64,000 nt of DNA, taken from positions 224,001 to 288,000 of the forward strand of contig JALVYU010000026.1 in the NCBI GenBank assembly GCA_027022365.1, written 5' to 3'. The first letter of the stretch is position 1. Each line of letters opens with the position of its first letter. This document shows, in pieces, positions 21,246-31,955 of the stretch. A program made the translations under genes and the position numbers. The notes under the pieces are model-generated. The model saw nothing but the letters and a program-made list of their open reading frames with translations. It ran no database searches and was not told where the DNA came from. The DNA is from Desulfurococcales archaeon (GTDB lineage: Archaea; Thermoproteota; Thermoprotei_A; Sulfolobales; Desulfurococcaceae).

Positions 21246-22235
21246 ATGAGCATCTATAGACTACACAGGAGAAAGATAATTATTTTTACAACAATAACAG
21301 CCGTACTTTCTCTTCTTCTCCTTGTAATGTCTTATCTGTTCCTGCATATGGGTTACGGTTCATCCACAATAATATATCAATACAGACTTAACAGGATAAC
21401 GGCAGCCATTTTAGTCGGTTTGATACTAGGTCTCACGGGCGCGCTACTCCAGTCAAGCCTACGGAACCCTCTTGTCGACCACTACATACTGGGTATTGGA
21501 AGCGGTGGAGTATTCGCCGTCATGTTATTCTACCTATTCAGGTCAAACGCTTATTCCCTAGCGATATTAACCATTATCGCTGCGGCGGGAGGTCTAGTAG
21601 CGCTTACCATAACTATAATGGTGGCTGAATCAGTCGGTGGAGGTGATATAGCATATGTTCTTGCAGGCATAGGTGTTAACTCGATGTTTTCTGGTGCAAG
21701 CCTCCTATTATCATATATTGTCGCCAGTAAAAACCCGTATATCGCCTACGCGCTTGTAGGTAGCTTCATCGCTATAGATCCTGACTGGATACCGTTGTTG
21801 GAAGTAATTTCCGCAATATCATTTGTTCTATACATCCTTTCATCTAAACCGCTTAATACGTTGTTGATGGGCGACGAGTACGCTGCGCAACAAGGATATA
21901 ATCCCAGGACTACGCGTCTGTTGATAGTTCTTTTCTCGGGCGTCATAGGTGCCTCTGTTGTTGCCTGCTGCGGCCTCATCGGGTTCATCGGGCTCGTGTC
22001 CCCACACATAGCTAGACTTATGCTCGGAACAAGCGATAATAGGCTTATACCGGTGATAGCTGGGTTAACTGGCGCCATTCTCCTGCTGTTAAGCGATAAT
22101 TTCTCGAGGCTCGTACTCGCCGGCCCATTCCTAGTGTCTGTAGGCGAGGTTCCAGCTGGCGCGATAGTGTCTTTGTTTGGTGCACCATTCTTTATATCGA
22201 TAATGATAAGAAGGCTTAGGGGTCACGGGGCTTGA
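21246..22235 (+). CDS. FecCD/BtuC-family ABC permease
   Basis: LQ..LRNPLVD.YILG, GLIGFIGLVSPHIAR, P.GAI....GAPFF. Confidence 0.93.
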   Translation: MSIYRLHRRKIIIFTTITAVLSLLLLVMSYLFLHMGYGSSTIIYQYRLNRITAAILVGLILGLTGALLQSSLRNPLVDHYILGIGSGGVFAVMLFYLFRSNAYSLAILTIIAAAGGLVALTITIMVAESVGGGDIAYVLAGIGVNSMFSGASLLLSYIVASKNPYIAYALVGSFIAIDPDWIPLLEVISAISFVLYILSSKPLNTLLMGDEYAAQQGYNPRTTRLLIVLFSGVIGASVVACCGLIGFIGLVSPHIARLMLGTSDNRLIPVIAGLTGAILLLLSDNFSRLVLAGPFLVSVGEVPAGAIVSLFGAPFFISIMIRRLRGHGA

Positions 22236-23008
22236 ACCGATTGAATGATATATTAATAGATGTCGAGATGGCAGGATATAGAAATAATATTGTATTTAAA
22301 GATCTTCATCTAAGAATACCCGGTTATAAGATAACTGCGATCTTAGGCCCCAACGGCTCCGGCAAAACAACCCTACTAAGAATGTTGTTTAAGCGGGTCA
22401 AGTATAGGGGCACAATTGTAATAGATTTCAAAGAACTAGCTAGGATTAGGGGCTCTGATATTGCGAGGCTCTTAGCCTACATGGGCGATATTAGCCTTCC
22501 AGAAATGATGGGGTTAAGGGTATTCGAGGCATTATTAATTTCAAGGTCTAGTCTATACACTGGCCTGATTGAGAAAATTAAAGATATACATGAGGCGGAG
22601 GCAGTCATGGCGGAGACCGGTATAAAGCACTTGGCTGATAGAAGGCTTAATGAACTCAGTAGCGGTGAGCTTAGAAAGGTAGTACTTGCTATGGCACTTG
22701 TTAAGAGGCCAAAGTACTTGTTACTCGATGAGCCAGATAGTCATCTAGATATATCATCTAGAATAGAAATATCTAGGCTCATAAAAAAATGCCGAAAAAA
22801 TACTACTATCATAATCACAACTCATGACCCCGTATTTGCAGTTAATACAGCAGACTACTTCATATTACTACGAGATGGGAAGATCATCGATAAAGGAACA
22901 ATAGAAGAGGTGATCGGGAGGAAGAGCATAGAAAAAGCCTTTGGTGCTAGGCTAAAATATGTTTATGATAAAGGCAAACTAATAGGCATAATTCCGGTTT
23001 ATGACTAA
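22232..23008 (+). CDS. ABC transporter ATP-binding protein (FepC/BtuD-like)
   Basis: GPNGSGKTT, LSSGE, LLLDEP, TTHD. Confidence 0.93.
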   Translation: MNRLNDILIDVEMAGYRNNIVFKDLHLRIPGYKITAILGPNGSGKTTLLRMLFKRVKYRGTIVIDFKELARIRGSDIARLLAYMGDISLPEMMGLRVFEALLISRSSLYTGLIEKIKDIHEAEAVMAETGIKHLADRRLNELSSGELRKVVLAMALVKRPKYLLLDEPDSHLDISSRIEISRLIKKCRKNTTIIITTHDPVFAVNTADYFILLRDGKIIDKGTIEEVIGRKSIEKAFGARLKYVYDKGKLIGIIPVYD

Positions 23009-23011
23009 GCA

Positions 23012-23575
23012 TTAATCCCCGATATTATCAAGTAATCCCATCACTTCCTCGCTCGATAATATCTTAGCACCATATACTTTCTCCATGTACCCTAGGGCGT
23101 ACTCGTGGTCTTCCCTACTGAACGCGGCAACAGCATCTCTGACAACTATAAGGTTGAAACCATAATAGAATGCATCCCATGCAGTATGAAGTACACAGAT
23201 ATGCGTATGTATGCCTGTCAATATAACCGTGTCAATGCCTAGATCGTGAAGTACGTTAAGCAATCCAGTATCTCTGAAACCGCTGTAGTTTCTCTTATAC
23301 AATACTATATCTTCGAGGCTAGGCTTCAGCTCGTCAATGACTCTGTTCTCAGGCGAATCATAGAGTGCATGCTCTCCCCATATCTTGAGTTCATGGTCGA
23401 AGGGGAAGTGCCTGTCGCACAGATATATGACCGGTACATTTTTCTCTCTAGCCTTGATGAGGAGCTTGTTTATCACTGGAACTATCTTCTCAGCATCAGG
23501 ACTTTTGAGCCTCCCGTGAACGAACTCGTGGATCATATCTATAACTAGGACGGCAGGCCTCATGATGTAGTACAC
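23012..23575 (-). CDS. Isochorismatase/nicotinamidase-family cysteine hydrolase
   Basis: VIDM, K..YSGF..T.L, GIHTHICV.HTA. Confidence 0.9.
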   Translation of the reverse strand: MYYIMRPAVLVIDMIHEFVHGRLKSPDAEKIVPVINKLLIKAREKNVPVIYLCDRHFPFDHELKIWGEHALYDSPENRVIDELKPSLEDIVLYKRNYSGFRDTGLLNVLHDLGIDTVILTGIHTHICVLHTAWDAFYYGFNLIVVRDAVAAFSREDHEYALGYMEKVYGAKILSSEEVMGLLDNIGD

Positions 23576-23619
23576 CGTTTAGAAAATACTATATAACCGC
23601 TAATAGTTCTTAGGGATAA

Positions 23620-23680
23620 CATGTGATGAACGACTTCGGAACAGAGCATCTGCGATGAAGAACCGTGTGAGGGCTGAGTG
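23620..23680 (+). ncRNA. C/D box sRNA
   Basis: C GTGATGA 23623, D' CAGA 23642, C' ATGAAGA 23655, D CTGA 23674, two 12-nt guides; TATATAA at 23590. Confidence 0.85.
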
Positions 23681-23884
23681 GTAGGCATTCGGAGCCCTAC
23701 CTTAATCATTTGATTAAATAATTCATGATTTCTCTAAAACAGATAGTATTCATGGCTTATTAGGCATACTTTACCAGGAGCTGAGCTCTGTATATGAAAA
23801 GTTCTAGAGACATTAGTATCTTTTACACTTCTATCTTCATCCGTAACTGAACTATATTCTGTGTTTTCTTAAATGGTGTAATCT

Positions 23885-24502
23885 ATGCCTAGGGAGGTCA
23901 GGGTTCTCGCTGTCGAGGATAAGCCTTGGTGGATGCAGCCATTGTTCAGCTTCCCGTTTATAGGGGATCTAAGCGTCCGCCAACTCCTCATCTTGATGCT
24001 GTTTATTGTACCCGTAGTAGTACTAAGCATTACCGCTGGTCTAGGATTCATGGAGACCTTCGCTTTCTCATTGATAATGCTCTTCATAGGGCTCGGCATC
24101 GCTAAGAAACCAGTAAAATCGGTTCTCCCGGAAAAACAGCTTCTCGTCTTTCTAACCGGGAGGTATAAGCCTCGGGCCTTGGCCAGGAGTGCTGAGACGG
24201 TTGCCGAGAGAAGACATGTAGCAGGAGTTCCTGAAACAGTCGAAGTTGTAGCACGTGATTCTACCCGGATACCTACGGTCAAAATCGTGGGTGTCTTGAG
24301 GGATCCTCTCGGAAACCCCCTTGCGAACCAAGAGCTGGAAGTCCATGTTAACGGTAGGCTGCATACCCGGGTTAGAACAGGGTCTTCCGGCGAGTACGCA
24401 GTGTATTATACCCCGGATGGCCCGGGCCTATATGAGGTAGAGATCAGGCTTGGTGGTAGAACTATTCTCAGGAAAAGGGTTAGGGTGGGTGTGCGGGGTT
24501 GA
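23885..24502 (+). CDS. PrgI/VirB3-like membrane protein with C-terminal Ig-like beta domain
   Basis: GDLSVRQLLIL followed by two TM helices (PrgI-like), then GVLRDPLGNPL...RTGSSGEY; coupled to VirB4. Confidence 0.6.
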   Translation: MPREVRVLAVEDKPWWMQPLFSFPFIGDLSVRQLLILMLFIVPVVVLSITAGLGFMETFAFSLIMLFIGLGIAKKPVKSVLPEKQLLVFLTGRYKPRALARSAETVAERRHVAGVPETVEVVARDSTRIPTVKIVGVLRDPLGNPLANQELEVHVNGRLHTRVRTGSSGEYAVYYTPDGPGLYEVEIRLGGRTILRKRVRVGVRG

Positions 24503-26328
24503 AGAGGTATTATTACCAGGTTTACCCGGTGAACTATTCTCTGCTCCACGAGGACGAGCAGATCAGTATTATCGAGGGCTTCAAGGATCTCCTAAACCAG
24601 GTGAGGGGGGACCTGATAATAACCTGTAGGAGGGAGGTTAAGGAAATACGCTGGGAGGATCGCGTGTTCGAAGCCGACCTCTACAGCTTCTATATAGAGT
24701 CTTTGGAGCGTATCGATGAGTTGTTAGAGGTTTCAGGCCTGCTCTACCAGCCTCTCCTGAACCCGCCTCCGAGCCTCCTCGATCCCGGCCGGGCCCTGGT
24801 CAAGCCCAGATACATTATCCATGATGGGAGGATCTACCGTGTCCTATCGGCCTACAGGTTGCCTGCAACGCTTACAGAGGGCTTCTTGCAAGAGATCCTT
24901 CCACTGGTCGATGAAGCGAGGATCCTTGTAAAGCCCCTCCACAGACACTATGCTGTCAGAATGCTTCAGCATAGATACAGGTTTCTAAGAGCCCTCATGG
25001 CCAGCTACCAGTATGAGGGTAGGCCACCCGACTTACACATCGAAGAGGAATATACCGTCCTCGAGGAGCTTCTTCAATCGCTTGTTAGGAGGGAGACCAG
25101 TCTATTCGGTATTAGATTCGTATTGGTAGTAAGTGGTGGTTCTCGTGAGGAGGCTAGGGCTAGAGCAGAGTATGTAAAACGTGAATTGGAATCTATGGGT
25201 TTTGACGTTGACAGCCCGGCTTTTCTACAGTGGCTTATGTATGAGCTAAAAGAACCTAACCCTATTTACACTGATACTCATACCTTGGGAGCTTTCTTCC
25301 CATTCATATCTAACACGCTTATGGAGACCGACGAGGTATTCCTCGGGCTGTCTAGGATCGATAAGAGCCCGGTGTTCTACGATATCTACATCCATACAAA
25401 CTATAACCTGGTGGTTCTAGGTATTCCGGGCGCCGGTAAATCGGTTACCGGCAAAGTACTCATATACAGGTATTATAGGAGGTATGGAGAGGACATCGAC
25501 TTCTACGTTATAGATCCTGAGAACGAGTACCGACCCCTTCTACATCAGTCAGGGGGGCAGGTCATAGAGGTCAAGCCCGGGGAACCCCTAGGCCTCGACC
25601 CGTTAAAGCTACTACCGAAAAGCGATGCCGTCGACGTAGTCTCTACACTAGCTAATATTCCAGGGCATCTATACGGAGAGTTAGCCAGCCTTGTAAAGAA
25701 ACATGAAAGTATATGGAGCCTTTACGGAGAAGCTTCCGATGAACTTAGAAAATATCTGAAAGGACTACTCGAGGGACCCGAGTCATTTGTTTTCCAGGGA
25801 GAACCGGTTGAATTGGGCAACCGTGTCGGTATATTGCTTCGCGGTGTTGAGAGCGAGAAGCTCAAAAACATTATATCACTCCTAGTATTCGCTAGGATCT
25901 GGAGGAACATTGAGGAAGCCCCAAGATCGAGGAGAAAAGTTGTTGTCGTCGATGAGGCCTGGCTCCTCCTAAAGAACCCTAATGCTGCTAGGTGGATGGA
26001 GGCTATTTCTAGGAGAGGCCGTAAACGCAATGTTGCATTCATATTTCTTACCCAGCAACCACAGGATGTTCTACGCAACCCGGTTGGTAGCCTCATAGTC
26101 AGGAATGCTGCTTCTAAGCTCCTCCTTATGCAGGATATTAATGCCATCGATGCGGTCTCTAAAGAGTTCAAGCTGAGCGAGGCCGAGAAGCAGGAGCTTC
26201 TCCGGGCTCAGCCAGGCGAGGGGATCCTTATCACGGAGAACACTAGGCTCTCGCTTAGGATCACCCTCTCGAAGAAGGAGTATAGGCTCTTCACTACCAG
26301 GCCTACAGAGGTCGAAGAGGCGGCCTAG
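24499..26328 (+). CDS. VirB4/TraC-like ATPase
   Basis: VYPVNYSLL N-terminus, Walker A GIPGAGKS, IDPENEY, Walker B VVVVDEAW, RGRKRN...LTQ, GEGILI. Confidence 0.88.
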   Translation: MKRYYYQVYPVNYSLLHEDEQISIIEGFKDLLNQVRGDLIITCRREVKEIRWEDRVFEADLYSFYIESLERIDELLEVSGLLYQPLLNPPPSLLDPGRALVKPRYIIHDGRIYRVLSAYRLPATLTEGFLQEILPLVDEARILVKPLHRHYAVRMLQHRYRFLRALMASYQYEGRPPDLHIEEEYTVLEELLQSLVRRETSLFGIRFVLVVSGGSREEARARAEYVKRELESMGFDVDSPAFLQWLMYELKEPNPIYTDTHTLGAFFPFISNTLMETDEVFLGLSRIDKSPVFYDIYIHTNYNLVVLGIPGAGKSVTGKVLIYRYYRRYGEDIDFYVIDPENEYRPLLHQSGGQVIEVKPGEPLGLDPLKLLPKSDAVDVVSTLANIPGHLYGELASLVKKHESIWSLYGEASDELRKYLKGLLEGPESFVFQGEPVELGNRVGILLRGVESEKLKNIISLLVFARIWRNIEEAPRSRRKVVVVDEAWLLLKNPNAARWMEAISRRGRKRNVAFIFLTQQPQDVLRNPVGSLIVRNAASKLLLMQDINAIDAVSKEFKLSEAEKQELLRAQPGEGILITENTRLSLRITLSKKEYRLFTTRPTEVEEAA

Positions 26329-26329
26329 A

Positions 26330-27925
26330 TTGAAGAAGATCAGGCTCCCCTTCAAGATTAAACTATTGTTTTCCCCACGGGAGAGGAGACAGCAGATCGT
26401 GGGGGCTGGCCCGCGTCTTATCAGCTATCATGCTAGTGCATATGTTACCTCTGGCGAGATTATCAAGGTCTACAATACTGGTTATGAGAACATGGCCACG
26501 GTCTACATCGTAGATGAGGGCGGTAGGGGACTATACATTGTTGATGAGCCCAGGGTGCCGGAGGAAGTCAAGAATGTCTATGGCCTCATAATGGAGCATC
26601 TGAGCTACTCCCTGAAGCCGGCCCAGGTTTCTAATATTGAGGACTATGTGAAGAACCTGGTGTGGGAGGCGGCTGAGGAGCTCGGAGTCGTAGATATTGT
26701 AGAGCAACACATCAAGACCCTGAACTACTATATTATGAGGGATGTCATAGGCTATGGCTATATTGATGTCCCTATGAGGGATCCCCTTGTTGAAGAGATC
26801 AGTATGGAGGGGCCGGGTGTACCAGTAGCTATTGTTCACCGCGATGTCTCTAACTATACGTGGCTGGACACAAACATTGTTATACCGAGCGAGGAGGAAG
26901 CGGCTGTATTTGTCCAGAAACTGGCCCAGAAGTGTGGTAAGTATATATCGACGGCTTTCCCGATCCTAGAGGCCCGTTCCCCGGAAGGTCATAGAATAGC
27001 CTTGGCTCTAGGCGAGGTATCTGGCCGGGGCTCCAGTTTCACGATTAGGAAGTTCCCTGAGAAGCCCCTCACGATTACTCAGCTCATAGATTATGGAACC
27101 CTATCCCCCCTCATGGCGGCTTATTTCTGGATCCTCCTCGAAAACCTAGCGTTTATCCTAATAATAGGAGGGATGGCTACAGGGAAGACCACTACACTTC
27201 AAGCCCTTCTAACTTTAGGTCCACCAGACTACAAGTACGTTACGATCGAGGACACGCCAGAACTAAGGCTTCCTCATACCCACTGGGATCCATTGTATAC
27301 CAGGAAAGGCTATACAATAGGATCCTCACAACTCGACATAGACCTCTTTGAGTTAACAAAATTCTCGCTAAGGAGGAGAGGCCAATATATTGTGGTAGGC
27401 GAGGTCCGTGGAAAGGAGATCCAGTCCCTGGTCCAGGCTGCGGCTACTGGCCAGGGGTCTATGTGTACTTTTCATGCTAACTCTATCGAGGAGGCTTTCT
27501 TGAGGATTACTAGCCCCCCGCTCGATGTTAAGCCAGCCTTCCTCATGCTGATATGGAGTATAGTCCTTATGAGGCGTGTAAGACTGAAGGACGGCCGTGT
27601 TGTCCGGAGAATGGCTAAGGTATGGGAAATAACCGGGCTAGATCTAGAATCAAACAAACCAATACCCCTAAACTATACGGAGGTATTCTCTTGGGATCCG
27701 TTCACGGACTCCTTCAAACCAGATACACCCGAGGAAGTTATCAGTAGGAGCTATAGGTTGAAGCAAGTAGCTAAAGCCAGCGGCTTAGCATCGAATGAGC
27801 TTCTGGAAGAGATAAGAATAAGGGCTAGGTATCTTGAGGAGATGGTGAAGGATAAGGTATTCGATTACAATGATGTATCCAAGAGATTGTTTAAATATTA
27901 TAAGAGTAAGATAAAAAAGAATTAG
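26330..27925 (+). CDS. Type II/IV secretion (type IV pilus) ATPase, FlaI/TadA-like
   Basis: GYG.ID..M.DP.VEEIS, FTIRKFPE.P, GGMATGKTT, TIEDTPEL, IVVGEVRG, TFHA. Confidence 0.93.
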   Translation: MKKIRLPFKIKLLFSPRERRQQIVGAGPRLISYHASAYVTSGEIIKVYNTGYENMATVYIVDEGGRGLYIVDEPRVPEEVKNVYGLIMEHLSYSLKPAQVSNIEDYVKNLVWEAAEELGVVDIVEQHIKTLNYYIMRDVIGYGYIDVPMRDPLVEEISMEGPGVPVAIVHRDVSNYTWLDTNIVIPSEEEAAVFVQKLAQKCGKYISTAFPILEARSPEGHRIALALGEVSGRGSSFTIRKFPEKPLTITQLIDYGTLSPLMAAYFWILLENLAFILIIGGMATGKTTTLQALLTLGPPDYKYVTIEDTPELRLPHTHWDPLYTRKGYTIGSSQLDIDLFELTKFSLRRRGQYIVVGEVRGKEIQSLVQAAATGQGSMCTFHANSIEEAFLRITSPPLDVKPAFLMLIWSIVLMRRVRLKDGRVVRRMAKVWEITGLDLESNKPIPLNYTEVFSWDPFTDSFKPDTPEEVISRSYRLKQVAKASGLASNELLEEIRIRARYLEEMVKDKVFDYNDVSKRLFKYYKSKIKKN

Positions 27926-28021
27926 CTATCTTTATTTATAATTTGTTATAATTTATATTGTTATAAAGGAAAAGTATTCTCAGATATGTATGTTTATTAA
28001 AAAGTGCTTGTTTAGAGATTT

Positions 28022-30328
28022 TTAAGATAGCTGTGGGGCTGTTACATGAATATTTATTTCACAACTTAGATAGTCTCCGACATCTTTATCGTAATTTATA
28101 TTCATATATGAGTCACTTGATGTTGCCAGATAGTTCCATTCTATATAGAATGATGCATGTGCTTCATTGACGCGTGTTCCACTACCTGAATAGTAGAATC
28201 TTATCGGTATATCGAGGCTGTTACTGCCAGTATCCATAGTACTCGGGTCAAGTGAATACAGTATTTTATCCGCGATACTAGCGCTTACTCCAATGACTGT
28301 AACTGCGGCTTCAAACACTGTTTCATATGGTATAGGAACTATAAGATCAGCTACAAATAGTATTGTCGAAGCCGCATTGGCGTAATCTTCGATTGCTACC
28401 GCTATGGATCTAGCTTGTGATATTTTCCTGTGAACATCGCTTGTTACATCGTTTTGGTTCATATCATTAGCATATACAACGTTGAAGTCTTTATACCCAA
28501 ATCCTGGCTGACCCTCATTGGGATTATTTGTGCCGACCTTTGCATTGATCTCCATCTTGCTGATCTTATAGTAGTTGCTTGTCGGATGATAGGGGGCTAA
28601 GCAAACAGATTCTTGACAGTACTGGTACCATACTTCCTTAGTGTACCCGAGATATAGACGTATTGTAGCATATTCTAAGTTTTTATTCCAATAGATATCG
28701 TAAATTCCTAGGTAGCCATGGTTGTTTATCCACCAATATCTCTCCTCACCGAATTCCCAGTTATAATACGCTACGGCTTTTGTTCCGTCGAATTCATGTT
28801 CGATATAAAAGTCGACTCTGCTTACATAAGCTTTTATGGGTGGAGGCGTTGGACCATAGTCGTAACATTCAAACTCGATCTTAAGCATGATTGATTCGGC
28901 ATCGCTCGGTATTTCAACGTAGTCTGCTATTTGATGATACTTGCCATCGCTGAGATCGATCCATGGTCCGTATGTGGTGGTAGCGGGGTCTCCTTCAACT
29001 TTATAATAGCCCTCTATTTCTAATAGTATATAACCATTATTGTTACGATGACGTAATTTATCCATTATTTTAAATGCTAAATCAAGTGAGCTACCATTTT
29101 TAATAACGATCTCTTGATCTTTATCGATTAAAGCTTGTAGTACGTTTAATTTTTCTGTACCATCCGAGAGAACCGCTTCGGCGAATTTAAGAGGCTCTAA
29201 TTGTTTCTTTTTAATTTCCTTAACATTATTTGAATCGGCTAGTGCTATGTAATTGATTTTATGAAAGCCCGTTGAGACTATCTTGATCGCTATGTCTCTA
29301 CTATTATGCAGGGGCGTTGCTGATAGATCTATTGCCTCAAGATACCAATTATGCCTAGGCTCTATCGTGGCTATTTTTATCCACTTCCCATTAGAATAAC
29401 CATATATTATTAATGATGTTTTATACAGAACATCCGTACCAAGTAGTAGTAACTTGGGCTTGTGCCCCAGTCTCGGAAAAATAACAGTATATGTATCATT
29501 AGGCCTTGTCGTGATGTAGCCTATGTTCATAAACCATACCTTGAATGCAAAGTTATTACCATATTTATCCAGTACCTTGATTGGTCTGACAAGTCTATTT
29601 TTGTCTTTTATAATAAAGACTTTGCCTGTACTGCTCTCAGAGACAACTATGTCCCCCTTAGTCTTTGTTATATAGTATGCTTTAATATTGTAAATATGGT
29701 CTTCTTCTCCATCTCTTTCTATGATTCTAAATTTAATCTTATTTTCATTTATACTGAATTGACTGGGATAGATCAAGTAATAATCCTTCTTCACCTCAGT
29801 ACCTTTAGCCAGTGGAAGCAGGTTATTGATATATACATATTTTCCATCGATAAAGCTATATAATCGGGGGCAACCACCTCCAGAAGAACCCGTGGATACC
29901 GTTACGGCTATTCTGGCTCTAATCTTCCCGGAAGATGGTTGTTCTGCTCTAACATATGCGTAAAAGAGTACTTTCTCGCTCTTCACAGAGTTTATATGTG
30001 TATTATCAGAGTACTGATATATGGATGCATAACCATTCGTAGAATAAAGGTACAGTGCATAATCTCCTCTAATACCCTTGCCATATGCTCTGCTATAACT
30101 GTCAGCTATAATGTTCCAATAACTAGGATCTCCTTCATGATCGAAAGTTAGACCCTTGAATAATTCACCTACATTATAGTACTTGCTAGGTATTGTAAAA
30201 TCATAGTTATACGGCCCTTCTACTAATGTAGTGGATTCAGCGTGCACTGTCGGAATATAGGCTGGTATAATGACAATAGATAATGTAATGAATATTGCGA
30301 GAAAGGGGATACCTGTCTTCCCCCTCAT
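28022..30328 (-). CDS. Large secreted multidomain protein (CBM-like fold split by an inserted domain; hydrophobic C-terminal helices)
   Basis: Signal peptide ending VHA; 768-aa ORF. Confidence 0.7.
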   Translation of the reverse strand: MRGKTGIPFLAIFITLSIVIIPAYIPTVHAESTTLVEGPYNYDFTIPSKYYNVGELFKGLTFDHEGDPSYWNIIADSYSRAYGKGIRGDYALYLYSTNGYASIYQYSDNTHINSVKSEKVLFYAYVRAEQPSSGKIRARIAVTVSTGSSGGGCPRLYSFIDGKYVYINNLLPLAKGTEVKKDYYLIYPSQFSINENKIKFRIIERDGEEDHIYNIKAYYITKTKGDIVVSESSTGKVFIIKDKNRLVRPIKVLDKYGNNFAFKVWFMNIGYITTRPNDTYTVIFPRLGHKPKLLLLGTDVLYKTSLIIYGYSNGKWIKIATIEPRHNWYLEAIDLSATPLHNSRDIAIKIVSTGFHKINYIALADSNNVKEIKKKQLEPLKFAEAVLSDGTEKLNVLQALIDKDQEIVIKNGSSLDLAFKIMDKLRHRNNNGYILLEIEGYYKVEGDPATTTYGPWIDLSDGKYHQIADYVEIPSDAESIMLKIEFECYDYGPTPPPIKAYVSRVDFYIEHEFDGTKAVAYYNWEFGEERYWWINNHGYLGIYDIYWNKNLEYATIRLYLGYTKEVWYQYCQESVCLAPYHPTSNYYKISKMEINAKVGTNNPNEGQPGFGYKDFNVVYANDMNQNDVTSDVHRKISQARSIAVAIEDYANAASTILFVADLIVPIPYETVFEAAVTVIGVSASIADKILYSLDPSTMDTGSNSLDIPIRFYYSGSGTRVNEAHASFYIEWNYLATSSDSYMNINYDKDVGDYLSCEINIHVTAPQLS

Positions 30329-30463
30329 ACTCAGGCACCATAGTTTTCTTCACCTAGGGAAATAAATATATCTTATATAAAATGATCATCTAATGTCATG
30401 GAGGTAACATTTATATAAACGTTTCTTTTTCGTGTATTATCGTTAGGAGTTGTTGGTTTTGAA

Positions 30464-31570
30464 GTGGTTGCAATGCTTCTCAGGAAGTGGATGAAGCTGT
30501 TGTTTATTATTGTTATTGTTGTTGGTTTTGCTCTCTACACTTTCTTCTTCCTCACGTATTACAGATACTATCCTGGGGTATCGGGTAATAACGAGATCAT
30601 AGTTAGCATAGGGAGCGTTAAGAAAGCAGAGGATGTAGTAGAGAGGATACTCGATAAATATTGGGGTAAGGTTGATAAGCTTTGGATCTACAAGACGAAT
30701 ATTTACTGGAGCAGAAAAGACATACAGATCGAATATGATAGTTATCCCCTGAACTACTCGTATGAGTTCCGGGTTTTTATTCTCCGAAAAATACTCGGCC
30801 AGATCGAGGCGAGAACGGAGCTTTATTTTAGGGCGCCTCATCATCCGTGGGATAATGTTACATGGATACAATATGACCGGGTCCACAACAGGCTACTGAT
30901 ATACCATAACGGTATTTTCTCAGGAGATGAGCCATCGGGAGCTGGCAATGTTAATGCACTCTTCTACCTCGATAAGAATAGGTTCGTGATAATCAATCTC
31001 GTACCAGCAGAATACTGCATACCGAACGGAACCAGCCTAACCACCTTCAAATACAACGGAACATATATAAAGCTCCCCAGCCCCTGTAGCCCTAGAGATC
31101 GCGAACATCTAAGATTCTGGTACATTTATTTCGTCCCACCATACATTCACACCTTTACCGAGCCCTATGATGAAGAACTAGCCCCAGTATATATAGCAAA
31201 TATTGTCGTGATAACACATAATATGACGGATAAAGTCTTCATGGACAAGAACTTCAGAGAATATCTTGGGGAATTGAGGCGGCTTAGAGATGAATGGATC
31301 AAGAGGTTCAATGATACTGGGTTCACGGCATTACGGGATGAACATGGAAAAGTGGCCGAACTAGACTTCGACTCGAGAGAAATCCCGCAAACACTGGAAA
31401 ACACGAGGTTCTTCAAGGAGTTCGAGGAAAACCTCACAGATATCCTCTGGCACACGCTCATAAAACCCATCCTACAATACATACATGTCCACGCAAACAG
31501 CCTATGGGACATAATGTTCGCACTACTAATAAACAAGCATGAAGCAATATACCTAGAACCTCTAACGTGA
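30464..31570 (+). CDS. N-terminally membrane-anchored hypothetical protein
   Basis: KLLFIIVIVVGFALYTFFFL anchor; 368 aa. Confidence 0.7.
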   Translation: MVAMLLRKWMKLLFIIVIVVGFALYTFFFLTYYRYYPGVSGNNEIIVSIGSVKKAEDVVERILDKYWGKVDKLWIYKTNIYWSRKDIQIEYDSYPLNYSYEFRVFILRKILGQIEARTELYFRAPHHPWDNVTWIQYDRVHNRLLIYHNGIFSGDEPSGAGNVNALFYLDKNRFVIINLVPAEYCIPNGTSLTTFKYNGTYIKLPSPCSPRDREHLRFWYIYFVPPYIHTFTEPYDEELAPVYIANIVVITHNMTDKVFMDKNFREYLGELRRLRDEWIKRFNDTGFTALRDEHGKVAELDFDSREIPQTLENTRFFKEFEENLTDILWHTLIKPILQYIHVHANSLWDIMFALLINKHEAIYLEPLT

Positions 31571-31955
31571 TAGAAATAAATTAATTAGGAATTTTGATCC
31601 GATAAAAGTGAAGTAGCCTTAGGAGGGGCTGACGCGGCCTCACGCCTCTAGCACGGGTATTTGGCGACCTCCGGTGCACTCTAGTCATAACTATAAAAGA
31701 GGATCTAGCGATTCCGCTCATTTTGAGTAAAAATGATGGAGATTAGAAATTTAGTGAGCCATTTTAGCTGGGAAAGACTACTCTTTCTCCTTAGCATGAG
31801 TGTTAATTTCTATATGGACAATGTATGTATTCGGTTAAACATGTATCGAACATACTTCATATAAACAATTACGTAGAAAGGTTATCTATAGGTTGATAAA
31901 GCAAAGTTACTTATAAATAACAATGCTTGTACACCAAGTTTTTCTCTATATAGAA

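Noticed and set aside
31620-31690. Locally GC-rich intergenic patch
   Set aside because: No convincing stem, box motif or ORF found by eye
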